Of a stretch of DNA of 64,000 nt, positions 1-10,351 are shown piece by piece. Below the pieces are notes generated by a model. It was not told where the DNA came from. It saw only the letters and a program-made list of their open reading frames with translations, and ran no database searches. The stretch's first letter is position 1; the number at the start of each line of letters is the position of its first letter. Source of the DNA: a bacterium (GTDB lineage Bacteria; Zhuqueibacterota; Zhuqueibacteria; Oceanimicrobiales; Oceanimicrobiaceae); the NCBI GenBank assembly GCA_046757025.1, contig JBHHXN010000004.1:28702-92701 (forward strand), in the 5' to 3' direction. The translations under genes were made by a program, and so were the position numbers.

Positions 1-77
1 CTCGCAAGTTTGGGGGCCATGGAAAGGTATGATGGCTTTCTTTCTTACTTGCATTATTCACGAGAGACGGTTTATCT

Positions 78-206
78 GGATTGTCCAAAAGCTTTTTGGG
101 GCGTCATTCCCGCGAAAACGGGAATCCATAACGCAATGGAGTTTATTGGAAAGCCGCTAAAAGCATACAGGCATGACACAGGAAAAATCAATGTTTTTAG
201 ACATCC
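78..206. repeat. REP/MITE-like element with a GTCATTCCCGCGAAAACGGGAATCC palindrome
   Basis: Palindrome at 103-127; imperfect terminal inverted repeats GGATTGTCCAAAA (78-90) and TTTTTAGACATCC (194-206). Confidence 0.55.
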
Positions 207-408
207 CTGGAACGCCTCCGCCAGAAAACCCGGTTTTGCCTTTTCGTGCCTAAGGCGGGCACCCGGGGTTTTGGTGTACAACGCCTTCGGCGTAATAGAC
301 TAGCGTCATCAAAGACTTTTGCTGGACGTTACCTACTCAAATCAACATACCACCTCTATAAATCATTTTTTGACAGCCTTTATTGACCGCCTTCAAGGCA
401 ACCGATGG

Positions 409-996
409 CTACTTCGAAGGCTGATAATACGGATTTTTGCCGTCCGCGTGATCGGTGACATCCATCACTTCTTTGATTTCGGGGATGGCTTCTTTGATCA
501 TCACTTCCACGCCCTGCTTCAGGGTCACGTTGACCATGCCGCAGCCCTGGCAGCCTCCGCCAAATCTCAGGTAAGCGATATGGTCTTTCACATCCACCAG
601 CGAAATAAAGCCGCCGTGGGAAGCGATGGCCGGATTGATGCGCGAAGCGATCACCTGCTGCACTTTATCGGCCAGCGGGCCGGATGGCACCGGCGGTCCC
701 ATGGCTTTCGGATTGGTGATTTTAAAGCCGGTTTCATTGAGACCCTGCACAAAGTCCACATTGGCGCCCTCCACCAGCGGCGCGCTCTGCGGATCCACGT
801 AAAATTTGATACCGGAAAATTCCGTAACCTTATCGGCTTCATGCGTCTGCCCTGGCTCCACGAACGCCAGTCCGTAATCCACAGAAAACGGCGAAGCTCC
901 GCGTTGGGCCGTAATCCGGATGCCCTGGCCTTTATGGTCTTCCTCCTCTAAAATCGATTGAAATTTTTTTAACGCATTATCACTGAGGTTGAACAT
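409..996 (-). CDS. nfuA: Fe-S cluster biogenesis protein NfuA (degenerate A-type carrier domain + NifU C-terminal domain)
   Basis: IscA-like N-terminus without Cys; 'INPAIASHGG...GGGCQGC...DVTDHADGKNPYY'; start moved to ATG 996 after GGAGAG RBS (ORF track starts at 1080). Confidence 0.9.
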   Translation of the reverse strand: MFNLSDNALKKFQSILEEEDHKGQGIRITAQRGASPFSVDYGLAFVEPGQTHEADKVTEFSGIKFYVDPQSAPLVEGANVDFVQGLNETGFKITNPKAMGPPVPSGPLADKVQQVIASRINPAIASHGGFISLVDVKDHIAYLRFGGGCQGCGMVNVTLKQGVEVMIKEAIPEIKEVMDVTDHADGKNPYYQPSK

Positions 997-1190
997 CGAG
1001 CTCTCCTGCTTTAAATTTGTCAGATCGGCTAAAGTTGTCGTGACTGGTCTTTTTATTTTTAAATCCCGTTTAATTTTCAATTTTTCAAAATAATCGTTTG
1101 TGATTAAAAATGCAAGTTAAATTAAACTGAGCTGCAAAACAAATGCAAAATTCATCTTCTATTTAAAGTCATTCCATCAATTAACCCCTG

Positions 1191-1353
1191 ATTAGTGTTT
1201 GACCGAAAATGAGCGTCTTCATACTGAATCGCGAAGTAAATTCAAGAGAACATGACGTAAAAACAAAAGCTAATCCCCCTTCGACGCCGTCTATCCTGAG
1301 CTTATCGAAGGATTCAGGTTGAAGAAATATGGACTTTTCGGTCAGACACGAAT
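1191..1353. repeat. TIR-bounded REP-doublet (MITE/REPIN-like) element
   Basis: ATTAGTGTTTGACCGAAAA ... TTTTCGGTCAGACACGAAT inverted ends (17/19); interior very similar to 10352-10499. Confidence 0.8.
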
Positions 1354-1367
1354 TTATCATTTTCAAA

Positions 1368-2795
1368 TCACATGGAACCAAACTGATCCCGGTTGGGCTC
1401 CGCTCAGCAGAACCAATCTTCTGTCAGGCGCGGTGTAAACATTCGCTGTTGAGCCAAATGAGTCGGACGAATTTGCCGTTTCCTGCCAGCCAGCTCGAAT
1501 ACACCATTTCTTATTTCAAAGTAAGTATCTATTAAATCCTGATGGCGGCCGGCGGCTTTTTCCACCATTTCTGCGATGGCAATTTGAAGTTCATCCATGT
1601 CCGAATGGGGATGCCGCCAGGCGTACAGCCATTTTTCCTTATCCAACCCAAGAACAAACGGTTTGATGTCCCCTAAATTCAAAATGCTCGAGCCCGGCGG
1701 AATGAGCAATCGAATGCTGTACTGGATGGGGTCGATTTGATCATAGAGATGAAATTCTTCCACCAGATTGAAAATGTCCAGCAAATCGGAGATTTTCGTC
1801 CAGGGGGTGAAGGGCATCAACGAGGGACGCAGGGGAATACCCGCTGCGTGCGTCAGGTGCAAAGCTTCCTGCACATCCGATTTCGTGTGGTTTTTTGCCA
1901 GAAATTTCAAAATCGCATCGTTCAAAAGCTCCACTGCCGACACGATGAACACACAGCCAGTTGCTTTAAATTCCGGCAAAAGATGCTGGTATTCCAGCAG
2001 GTGTTCTATCTTGGCTGTGAAATCAAATGTCAGCTCAGGAAATCGCTGGTGAAACTCGCGGACGATGTCCAGCGAATGTTTGACGCCGTTTAAAAAATCG
2101 GGATCCCCGAACGTGATGTGTTCGGCTCCCAGCTCTACGAGCTGTTCTACATCCGCCAGTACGATTTCTTTCGGGATGATCCGCATGCGTCCGGCATAAA
2201 CCGGGGTAATGGGACAGTGCCGGCAGCGATGCGCACAACCCCTGCTGGCCAGAGTGTATCCGGTGAGTCGCAGCTCCTCACCCATTTTTAATCGGGTATA
2301 GCGGTCGAGCGGCGGCATCAAGCTGCGCTCGGGCACGATGAATTTTTGCCTTGAAACAGACGTTATGGATTGCGGCAAACTTGAGCGGTTTTCGAAACGG
2401 GGGTCATTGAGGTTATTTACGACGGCCCGGGCAATCTGTACCAGAGTCTGCTCAAATTCTCCGCCGGCGATTGAATCGGCCAAGCCCGTGTTTCCGTTTT
2501 GAGCCAGCAAAAATTCCGAGTGCATGCCGGCGTAGAGTCCAAAAAAACAGATGTGACAGCCGGGATTCAATTTGCGGACGCGTTTGGCGACCTTTTCGGA
2601 CAAACGCAGGGCGGTGTGCATGGGAGTGGACAGCGCAACCAGTTGGGCCTCTTTTATCAAATCTTCAGCAAACGGCTCAACCGACAAATCCAAACAGTTA
2701 ACTTGAAAACCAGCAGCCAGCAAATGGGCCGTGGGCGAAGCTAAATTAAACGGCTGGTGTCCCAGCTCGTAAAGGGAAATTAAAACGATGTTCAT
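1368..2795 (-). CDS. B12-binding radical SAM selenoprotein, CUAEP/CCAEP-tail family
   Basis: Cobalamin-binding-like N-terminus and CAHRCRHC motif; after '...PRLTEDWFC' the TGA at 1406-1404 is followed in frame by AEPNRDQFGSM-stop, giving 475 aa with Sec. Confidence 0.88.
1374..1401 (-). promoter_or_regulatory. Candidate bacterial SECIS hairpin
   Basis: Just 3' of the UGA: GGAGCC-C-AAC-CGGGATCA-GTT-T-GGTTCC folds as a stem-loop. Confidence 0.55.
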
Positions 2796-2803
2796 ACCGC
2801 TGC

Positions 2804-3811
2804 TTATCCGCCGATCTGATACATTTCGATCTTTTGGTGGGCGCCGATATCGGTATGAGAAGTTCTTTCCTCGGAATAACGATCCGTTCGTTTTTGCCAG
2901 ATGCTTTTGATTTTTTGCAGCAGTTTTTCATCGGAAATACCCGAGCGCAGGGTTTTCTTCAAATCCACACCCTGACAGGCAAACAGGCAGGTGTACATTT
3001 TACCCTCGGCAGAAAGCCGGACGCGGGTGCAGCCGCTGCAAAATGGCTGCGTTACCGACGCGACCACGCCAATTTCGCCCCTGCCATCGAGGTAGCGGTA
3101 GCGATTGGCTACTTCGCTGTGAAAGTTTTTTTTCACCGGCGCGAGCGGTATCTCTGCATGAATGATCGCCACGATTTCTTTTGCTGAAATCACGTCATCC
3201 ATTTTCCAACCGTTCAAATTTCCCACATCCATAAATTCGATAAAACGTATGATGAACCCGTTGTCCCGGGCAAACCTGGCGAGGTCGAGAATCTCACCAT
3301 CGTTGACGCCTTTTTGAATCACCGCGTTGATTTTAACGGGCGCTAATCCTGCTTTGACCGCGGCTTCGATACCATCCAGCACGTTTCGCAGATCCAGATG
3401 ATTACCGGCTAATTCTTTCAGCAAAGCGGGTTTCAGGGTATCCAGACTCACCGTGACTCTTTTCAAGCCGGCTTGTTTTAATCCCTGTGCTTTCTGTTTC
3501 AAGAGATAACCGTTACTGGTGAGCGCCAAATCTTTCAGCCCGTGGATATTGGCCAGCTTTTCAATGAGTACTTCCAGTTCGTGTCGCAGCAGAGGCTCGC
3601 CGCCAGTCAGCCGGATTTTAGCGACGCCGCATTGCACATACGCCTTTGCAAGGCGATGAATTTCTTCAAAGGAGAGAATTTCATTCCTGGCTAAAAAAAC
3701 ATAATTATGGCCGAAAATATCCGCCGGCATGCAGTAATTACAACGAAAATTGCAGCGGTCGGTTACGGAGATGCGTAAATCCTGCAGCGGTCGGGAGAGT
3801 CTATCTAACAT
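2804..3811 (-). CDS. moaA: GTP 3',8-cyclase MoaA
   Basis: LRISVTDRCNFRCNYC, LTGGEPLLR, PFCSGCTRVRLSAEGKMYTCLF, C-terminal IGG. Confidence 0.97.
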   Translation of the reverse strand: MLDRLSRPLQDLRISVTDRCNFRCNYCMPADIFGHNYVFLARNEILSFEEIHRLAKAYVQCGVAKIRLTGGEPLLRHELEVLIEKLANIHGLKDLALTSNGYLLKQKAQGLKQAGLKRVTVSLDTLKPALLKELAGNHLDLRNVLDGIEAAVKAGLAPVKINAVIQKGVNDGEILDLARFARDNGFIIRFIEFMDVGNLNGWKMDDVISAKEIVAIIHAEIPLAPVKKNFHSEVANRYRYLDGRGEIGVVASVTQPFCSGCTRVRLSAEGKMYTCLFACQGVDLKKTLRSGISDEKLLQKIKSIWQKRTDRYSEERTSHTDIGAHQKIEMYQIGG

Positions 3812-4083
3812 TTACACACTTTTTTAAAAAGTTAAAACAACCCGTGCTAATTTCTTCGGTTATCCCCCACCGCTCCCTGCTTACGACAATCAGGGAGAAA
3901 TTCATTGTGAATTTCGTGCTGAAAATTCAATCGGCTGTCCGCTCAATGAATGCGGACATGACCATCCTATCTAAAAATTACCGTAGTCTCGAAAAACGAT
4001 AATTTTTCTTGACCAGGCCAAACTCAGCACCGCGCGGCTGAAAATGTTGTTTTGAAAACCGTTTAAATCACCCTATCCGCGCT

Positions 4084-4112
4084 AAATTACGATAAATTTA
4101 CGCCAATGTCAA
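4084..4112 (-). promoter_or_regulatory. Candidate sigma-70 promoter for moaA
   Basis: TTGACA (4112-4107)-N17-TAATTT. Confidence 0.45.
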
Positions 4113-4160
4113 CATTTGATACGGGCTGCCCCAAACGGTAAATCCGATTAAATTTCACGA

Positions 4161-4877
4161 TCACGGGTTGGAAGGCCGAATATCGATTTCGCTCACCATG
4201 GCGCGCTGCGGCAGTTTGACGGCTTCCACGATGGTTTGCGCCACGTCTTCTGGCTTCAAAATACGTTCGCGTTTTGGTTTTGCGGTGATGGATTCGTGAT
4301 TGAAAAACGGCGTATCCACCGAGCCCGGGCATATAGCCAGAACACGTACGCCAGCCTGGCGTTCCTCCAGCATCAAACATTTTGAGAAAGCCAGCACCCC
4401 CCATTTGGTGGCGGCATACCCCGAGCCCCCAGCAAAGGCATTTTTACCAGCCAGGGACGCCACATTGACGATGAAACTTTCTTCCTTCTTTTTCAAATAC
4501 GGTAACGCCTCGCGTGTGCAGAGAAACAGACCGCGCAAATTGACCTCAAACATTTCATCCCAATCCATGGTGGAGAATTCCACAATGCGCCCGAAACGTC
4601 CGGTGCCGGCGTTATTCACCAGAATGTCGATGCCGCCAAATTTGCCCGCGGCTTCGGTGATTAAATTTTTGATTTCACTTTCCCGGGTGACGTCCGTTTG
4701 CACGATGAGCGCTTTTCTACCCAGATTCCCGATTTCTTTTGCCAATGTTTGTAAATCGGTGACGGTGCGGGAGGCAATCACCACATTGGCGCCAGCCCGG
4801 GCCAATGCCAGCGCCGTGGCCCGCCCGATGCCTTTGCCGGCGCCGGTCACCACAGCAATTTTGTTCTTTATGTCCAT
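4161..4877 (-). CDS. SDR family NAD(P)-dependent oxidoreductase
   Basis: TGAGKGIG, NNAG and YAATK motifs. Confidence 0.93.
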   Translation of the reverse strand: MDIKNKIAVVTGAGKGIGRATALALARAGANVVIASRTVTDLQTLAKEIGNLGRKALIVQTDVTRESEIKNLITEAAGKFGGIDILVNNAGTGRFGRIVEFSTMDWDEMFEVNLRGLFLCTREALPYLKKKEESFIVNVASLAGKNAFAGGSGYAATKWGVLAFSKCLMLEERQAGVRVLAICPGSVDTPFFNHESITAKPKRERILKPEDVAQTIVEAVKLPQRAMVSEIDIRPSNP

Positions 4878-5046
4878 TCTGACCCTACCTGTTCTTTTAT
4901 ATTGATTTTCTTAGTAAAATATTTTCTTTCTAAATGCTTGCACAATCCGACCCATGGTTTCGTTGGTTCTGAAGTGATGAATCCCTGAACGGCCATTTTG
5001 TTTGAAAAATAAAATTCGGCGTTCCAAATTTCCGCGGCAATAGACA

Positions 5047-5388
5047 TCAAAACGTTTTAGCGCTGGAGCTCAGGTAATTGATCAAGTAAACAGCTACGAA
5101 AAAAACCACCAGCAAAACCAACGAGGCGATTCCCACAACGATGGCGATCATGGTAATTAAATCTTTTCGTGGGTTGGATTCCCTTTCATGCTGCCGTGGG
5201 AAAAACACCACGTCGTACAAAAGTTTCCCGGCAAAGATGACAAACAAACCGATGCCGGCTGCCACCCGCGCAAAATCAACGCTTCCCTGCAGGGCGCCTT
5301 TTAACGGCAGCAGTAAATAGATGAGGAGTCCCCATTTTCCTATTTCCACCGCGTACACATAAATTTTCTGTCTCGAACTGGAAGCCAT
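5047..5388 (-). CDS. Hypothetical membrane protein
   Basis: 113 aa with about three hydrophobic segments; same strand as its neighbours. Confidence 0.65.
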   Translation of the reverse strand: MASSSRQKIYVYAVEIGKWGLLIYLLLPLKGALQGSVDFARVAAGIGLFVIFAGKLLYDVVFFPRQHERESNPRKDLITMIAIVVGIASLVLLVVFFVAVYLINYLSSSAKTF

Positions 5389-5513
5389 CTTTGCTTGAAA
5401 TTTTTACTTTAATTTTAAACAATTGCGGGTTGAATGAAGCGCTGCAAATGAATTTAGATTCCTTCACTAAATGGCCTAACTTTTTACACACACATTCAAA
5501 CATGCCGCCTGGG

Positions 5514-5879
5514 CTAAAGCCAAAAGGCATTCTCAATATGGCGAATAGTCCATTGATTCCCCTGCGCTTTTACCGCCACCACATCAAAACGGCAGTCCAT
5601 ATCTGATATGGCTTGCTCCTGCAGATATCTTTCCGCAACGCGAGCGATTTGTCGCTGCTTGCGCTCATCCACCCAGGTCTCGGGTTCCCCAAACGCGTCG
5701 CTGCGCGCGGTTTTGACTTCCACGAACACCAGCAGTTCGTCCTTTTGGGCCACGATGTCAATTTCACCGCGCGCCCAGCGGAAATTGCGCTCGCGAATCC
5801 GGTACCGTTTTTTTTGCAAATATTCCGCCGCCAGCTGCTCCCCTCTCTCTCCGAGCGATTTAGGATCCTTTTTCGGCAT
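5514..5879 (-). CDS. yraN: YraN family (UPF0102) putative endonuclease
   Basis: GERGEQLA..YL..RNFRWARGEIDIVA..LVFVEVKT..CRFDVVAV; typical position after rnhB. Confidence 0.93.
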   Translation of the reverse strand: MPKKDPKSLGERGEQLAAEYLQKKRYRIRERNFRWARGEIDIVAQKDELLVFVEVKTARSDAFGEPETWVDERKQRQIARVAERYLQEQAISDMDCRFDVVAVKAQGNQWTIRHIENAFWL

Positions 5880-6528
5880 TTTTCTCTTTATCGAAGGCGT
5901 TTTCTAGAAAACGTTTGGGATGGAAAGACTGGCGATGGATTTTACAGAAACCGTATTTCTCTATGGCGTCCAGATGTGCCCGCGTGGGATAACCTTTGTG
6001 CCGCGCAAATCCGTAGTACGGAAATTTCGTATCGTACTCATACATGATTTTGTCGCGGGTGACTTTGGCTATGATGGAAGCCGAAGCGATGGAAAAGCAC
6101 TGGCTGTCGCCTTTCACAATGGCCGTGAAAGGAATCGAGTCATGCGGAAAAGCGCGCCCGTCCACCAGTAAAAATTCCGGTTCGATTTTCAAAGTATCCA
6201 GCGCCCGCTTCATGGCCAGAAAAGAAGCCTGATAGATGTTGATTTCATCTATTTCGCTCACCTCAGCCATGCCGATGCCAAAGTCCAGGGCTTCCTGCAA
6301 AATGACGTCGTATAGAAATTCTCTGACCTCTGCCGACAACCTTTTTGAATCATCGATCATCGGGATGTAGGCGTTTTTGGAGAAAATAACCGCCGCCGCC
6401 ACCACCGGCCCAGCCAGAGGCCCGCGTCCGGCCTCATCCAGTCCCGCGACATAGCGGATGTCTTTTTCCCAGAGTTCCCGCTCAAATGACAGCATATTTT
6501 GAATACGATCGTATTCGGCTATATTCAT
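5860..6528 (-). CDS. rnhB: Ribonuclease HII
   Basis: GLDEAGRGPLAGPVVAAA, DSKRL, KGD..SIASASIIAKVTRD, HKGYPT. Confidence 0.97.
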   Translation of the reverse strand: MNIAEYDRIQNMLSFERELWEKDIRYVAGLDEAGRGPLAGPVVAAAVIFSKNAYIPMIDDSKRLSAEVREFLYDVILQEALDFGIGMAEVSEIDEINIYQASFLAMKRALDTLKIEPEFLLVDGRAFPHDSIPFTAIVKGDSQCFSIASASIIAKVTRDKIMYEYDTKFPYYGFARHKGYPTRAHLDAIEKYGFCKIHRQSFHPKRFLENAFDKEKNAEKGS

Positions 6529-6590
6529 ATTATTAATTGTCCATAATAAATGGTTACATCAAATTTAAGATTAATCTGATGAAATGCAAC

Positions 6591-6622
6591 AAAAAGCCAC
6601 CACAGAACAATTCTATGGTGGC
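6591..6622 (-). terminator. Intrinsic terminator after the MlaC-like gene
   Basis: Minus strand GCCACCATAGAA-TTG-TTCTGTGGTGGC-TTTTT. Confidence 0.7.
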
Positions 6623-6658
6623 GCGATAACTTAAACAAAAGTTATTTCGTAAAGTAAA

Positions 6659-7267
6659 TTATTTTTCCTCTAACTTTTTCACCAATTTGTTATACATTTC
6701 CTCATAGGAATTTTTGGCGATCTGTTTGTAAAAAGACTCGCGATAATTGCGCGCGGTGCTCACGCCGTCGATTTCTATGTCATAAACCAGCCATTGCCCG
6801 TCCACTTTGTGCATTTTGTAAACGATTTCCACTTCCTTCCTTTTTTTAAAAGCGATGGTGGTCACCTTGGCTTTTGAACCGTTGATCTCCGCTTCTTCAT
6901 ACACCATTTTATCGGCTTTATAAATTTCTAATTTTTTCACAGAAGAATTTTTGATGAGTTGTGAAAAAGTTTTCACGAAGTCGTCTTGTTCCTTCGGGGT
7001 TCGCTGTTTCCAGTATTTGCCCAAAGACAATCTCGACAGCTCGCGAAAGTCCATGACGCCATTTATGACCTCTTTCAATTTTTCCCGAATTTCAGTGGTG
7101 ATGTTATCATCCGCTTCATCGAGTATATTTTCGATGGCTTGATTGCGGGCTTTTACGATTTCCACCGGCGACACATCCGGTCGAGCAAAATTAGCGTTAC
7201 TGAAAAGGGTCAGGGCTCCCAATAACAAAATCGTTGGAATTATCCATCTATTTTTTTTCATGGTCAT
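6659..7267 (-). CDS. MlaC/Ttg2D (HpnM-like) periplasmic lipid-binding protein
   Basis: Signal peptide; 'MDFRELSRLSLGKYW', 'WLVYDIEIDGVSTARNYRESF'. Confidence 0.85.
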   Translation of the reverse strand: MTMKKNRWIIPTILLLGALTLFSNANFARPDVSPVEIVKARNQAIENILDEADDNITTEIREKLKEVINGVMDFRELSRLSLGKYWKQRTPKEQDDFVKTFSQLIKNSSVKKLEIYKADKMVYEEAEINGSKAKVTTIAFKKRKEVEIVYKMHKVDGQWLVYDIEIDGVSTARNYRESFYKQIAKNSYEEMYNKLVKKLEEK

Positions 7268-7299
7268 TTCCTCTTTTTCTAAAATCTATCTATTACATT

Positions 7300-8673
7300 C
7301 TATTTCGCATACAAATCTCGGCCTGTAGCTTTACTTAATTTCGCCATTGCTATATTATACGTAAAAATGTTCTGTAAATGTTCCGCTTGCATGGCGCCAT
7401 TGGCTTTAAAAGCGTCGATCAGCTCTTTGACTTCGCCCACGCCGATATCAAAAGTCATGGTAGCAGAGCGCAGCCAATTGTCGCTGGCTTTGAGTGCCCG
7501 ACGGCTGGCCCGCATGTTGCGTTCGGCCTGCTGCAATTCTAAATACGACTTCTCCACTTCCAATTTCAGACCGTCTATCAGCAGCTTTTCTTTTTGTGCC
7601 AGTTGTCGAAACTCCATCTGCGCCACACGCACCTTATCCCGCGTTTGCAAAAAATTCAGATTCAAATTCATCCCCAGAGCGACGCCCGGACGAAAATAAT
7701 TGGTGGGGTTGTAAATGAACGGTCCTTTCGGATCAAAGCGATCCTGTGCATAATTATATTTAATCTGTCCACCAAAAAAGAATTGCGGAAAATAATCGCT
7801 TTTGCTCACCGTAATCATGGCTCTTCGCGCGTTGATGCCCGCCCGCAGTTGCGACAGCTCCGCCCGATTTTGCAGCGCCATTTCGTAATAAACCGAGAGG
7901 CTGTCCAAATGAAAATCCAATGGATCCAGATATTCGGTAGCCGGCTCGATTTCCACGTCGTCTGCCAGTCCCAGCGTCACTTTCAGCACCGATTTCGTCA
8001 GCTTGATCTTATCCACGGTTTGCCTTTTTCTTTTGTCCACTTCGTAGCGGAAAATTTTCAGTTTAAACAGATCGGTTTGCGATATTTCATCGGAGCCCTC
8101 ATCCAGCTTTTCCTGAATTTTGTCTTCCGCCTTTTTCAGCTCGTTGTCGGCATTTTCAACCACGCTTAAAAGCTCCTTTCCCAGCACCAGCGCCCAGTAG
8201 AGCTGACGCACTTGCAATCGCACGCTTTCGCGCTCTTTTTCGATTTTCGCTTGGTCTGCCTTCACCCCATAAGACGCAGCTTTTGCAATCCCGCTCAGTT
8301 TACCAAAGGTGTAAATCGGCTGAATCAAATCTAAATCTACCTGAGTGAAAAGTCTGAGATCGCCAGGAATACTGGTAATTGAATCCGGAGAAATGACAAA
8401 GCTGCCGGTTGGATCCATTTTACCGCGTGCTCTGGGAAGCGTTCCCCAGATATTTTTCACTTCAAATTTTGGGAGAAATTTAGCATGAGACGCCTGAGTT
8501 AATTTCGCCTCAGAGGTTTTTAAACTGAGCCGGGCATCTTGAATGGTCAAATTATTTTCAAAGGCTAATTTTTCGCAATCAGGCAGGCTTAATACTAACT
8601 TTTTATTTTCTTGACTAACGGCATAGGTCGTGCAGATTAGAAAAATGTAGAGAACAAAATTTTGTTTTACCAT
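7300..8673 (-). CDS. TolC family outer membrane efflux protein
   Basis: Signal peptide; OEP repeats ('QPIYTFGK', 'KSDYFPQF', 'YNIAMAKLSKATG'). Confidence 0.9.
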   Translation of the reverse strand: MVKQNFVLYIFLICTTYAVSQENKKLVLSLPDCEKLAFENNLTIQDARLSLKTSEAKLTQASHAKFLPKFEVKNIWGTLPRARGKMDPTGSFVISPDSITSIPGDLRLFTQVDLDLIQPIYTFGKLSGIAKAASYGVKADQAKIEKERESVRLQVRQLYWALVLGKELLSVVENADNELKKAEDKIQEKLDEGSDEISQTDLFKLKIFRYEVDKRKRQTVDKIKLTKSVLKVTLGLADDVEIEPATEYLDPLDFHLDSLSVYYEMALQNRAELSQLRAGINARRAMITVSKSDYFPQFFFGGQIKYNYAQDRFDPKGPFIYNPTNYFRPGVALGMNLNLNFLQTRDKVRVAQMEFRQLAQKEKLLIDGLKLEVEKSYLELQQAERNMRASRRALKASDNWLRSATMTFDIGVGEVKELIDAFKANGAMQAEHLQNIFTYNIAMAKLSKATGRDLYAK

Positions 8674-8699
8674 CCACCCTCTTCATTGTATTTAAATGG

Positions 8700-9965
8700 T
8701 TATTCGGCTTTTAATTTCTCTTTGACACCGGAATCGGCGTCCGCCTCTTTAAGCGCCCGGATATCATCGTAATCGGCGTAAGCTTTTGAGTTCGTCGAAT
8801 TGGCGTCAGACAGGATGCCGATACCAACAGGCCGGGCGGGCGGTTTACCGCCGAAAGTTTTTTTATAGGCTTCATAAGCGTTGAATGTATAGGTTCGCCA
8901 TTCTCCCAGATGTTCTTCGCCGCTATCCGCCACGATGTTCCAGGGCTTGCCAATACCGCTGCGCTGCATGGCGGCTCCCACCGGCAGCGTGGTGCTCCAA
9001 ACATATTTCACCGACTCCGGAATCAAACCCAATTTCTTTTTGTAGATGATGTAGATGCCAGCCGCGCTGTCCACCGAGCGACTGTAGCGCTCATCCCCGC
9101 CGGCTGGCACATGATGCACCCTCCAACGAAATGAAATGTAAGGATATTTCTTCAAATTCCACACGATGTCTTTCCCCAAAATCACCGATTCTCCGTTGTC
9201 TTCGGCTGCTAAAAATTTGTTACCCTTTTCTTCTACGATTTTGTATGGTTTATTTTTTTTATTATCCGATTTCTTCCACAGCCAGCCTCTTGGCAGCTTG
9301 CCGACTTCACTCGATTCAAAATCCTCTAAGATGACATAGTCGGAACGGGTCATCTCAGCTATCAAGTAAGCCAGCGAGTATTTTTTAATGATCTTGCTGC
9401 AAAAACTGTAGTAATCGCGCAGTAAACTTCTTTTTCCGGCTTTCAAGTTAGATATACGCCAGCTACCGTCTGGATATTTCAACATGTAAAGCGTGATTTC
9501 TTTTTTCTCTTTTACGCCTTCCAGTGAATAATTTAGTGTCGCAACGTTGTCATTGGTTTTGCTCGACGTTAATTTTATCCCTGGCAAATTTCCATTGCTT
9601 TTATCATTAAGATAGGTCAGAATCTTTTGCCGTAAAGAGATCTTGATTGCTTCCATGAACGCCTTTTTTTGGTGATCGCTGGTACCCTTCCACTTTTTTT
9701 GCAACATCTGTGGAGCCAGCCTTTCTACAGCGAACAATTCATCCACCAACTGGTAGAGCTGCTGCTCTCGCGAATCCGGATCGTTTTTAGCGCCATTTTT
9801 AAATTGATCGTGGATTTGTTTGTAAAATCGATCGATGGTTTGCTTGGGCGTCAGGCTGTCGTTTTCCCCCATCCCAAAATATGATGTGCCAGCACCAACG
9901 ACGGAAAACGACAAAATCAAGGAAACAAGCACAAAACGGGGCTTTAGATTTTTGTATTTAAACAT
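8700..9965 (-). CDS. MlaC-like domain fused to a DUF3047 domain
   Basis: N-half resembles MlaC ('WRISNL..SLLRDYYS'); C-half 'YPYISFRWRV..DSAAGIY..KYVWS..GEWRT..GILSDANST' resembles DUF3047; likely start ATG 9965 (ORF track 10061). Confidence 0.7.
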   Translation of the reverse strand: MFKYKNLKPRFVLVSLILSFSVVGAGTSYFGMGENDSLTPKQTIDRFYKQIHDQFKNGAKNDPDSREQQLYQLVDELFAVERLAPQMLQKKWKGTSDHQKKAFMEAIKISLRQKILTYLNDKSNGNLPGIKLTSSKTNDNVATLNYSLEGVKEKKEITLYMLKYPDGSWRISNLKAGKRSLLRDYYSFCSKIIKKYSLAYLIAEMTRSDYVILEDFESSEVGKLPRGWLWKKSDNKKNKPYKIVEEKGNKFLAAEDNGESVILGKDIVWNLKKYPYISFRWRVHHVPAGGDERYSRSVDSAAGIYIIYKKKLGLIPESVKYVWSTTLPVGAAMQRSGIGKPWNIVADSGEEHLGEWRTYTFNAYEAYKKTFGGKPPARPVGIGILSDANSTNSKAYADYDDIRALKEADADSGVKEKLKAE

Positions 9966-10351
9966 AAATGATAGTCGCTGAATAAAATGATAAATTTGCA
10001 ATCGCTTGGTTATTCTTTTAATAATCAACACTTTTGAGGATAGTATTGTTCCAGCAATCAATTTAATTTAGTTTAATCAAAATACAAATCAATACTTATT
10101 TCGTTGAACAAAATAATCCATTCAACGCGATTTTGAGACAAAGGTTGCAAATTTGCTCATACCTGTGAAGCGTTAACCGGTATTATGAAAAACGGCTATC
10201 CAGTTATATTATTCACCAAATTGCAATTTTTTTTTGAATATGTCAGAATTTTTTTCTCCCCAAAACAAGCGATTGGTTTTCAACTTTTGGCCATTGGTAT
10301 TTAATTTTTTAGTACTTACGTTGGGATTATCAATTCACCCTGTCGCTTAGT

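Noticed and set aside
10..303. 97-aa ORF at the window start
   Set aside because: It runs through a REP-like palindrome and has no recognisable protein features.
319..951. 210-aa + strand ORF (and similar antisense ORFs throughout, e.g. 4300-4905, 7594-8169, 25312-25851)
   Set aside because: These are shadow ORFs opposite well-supported genes.
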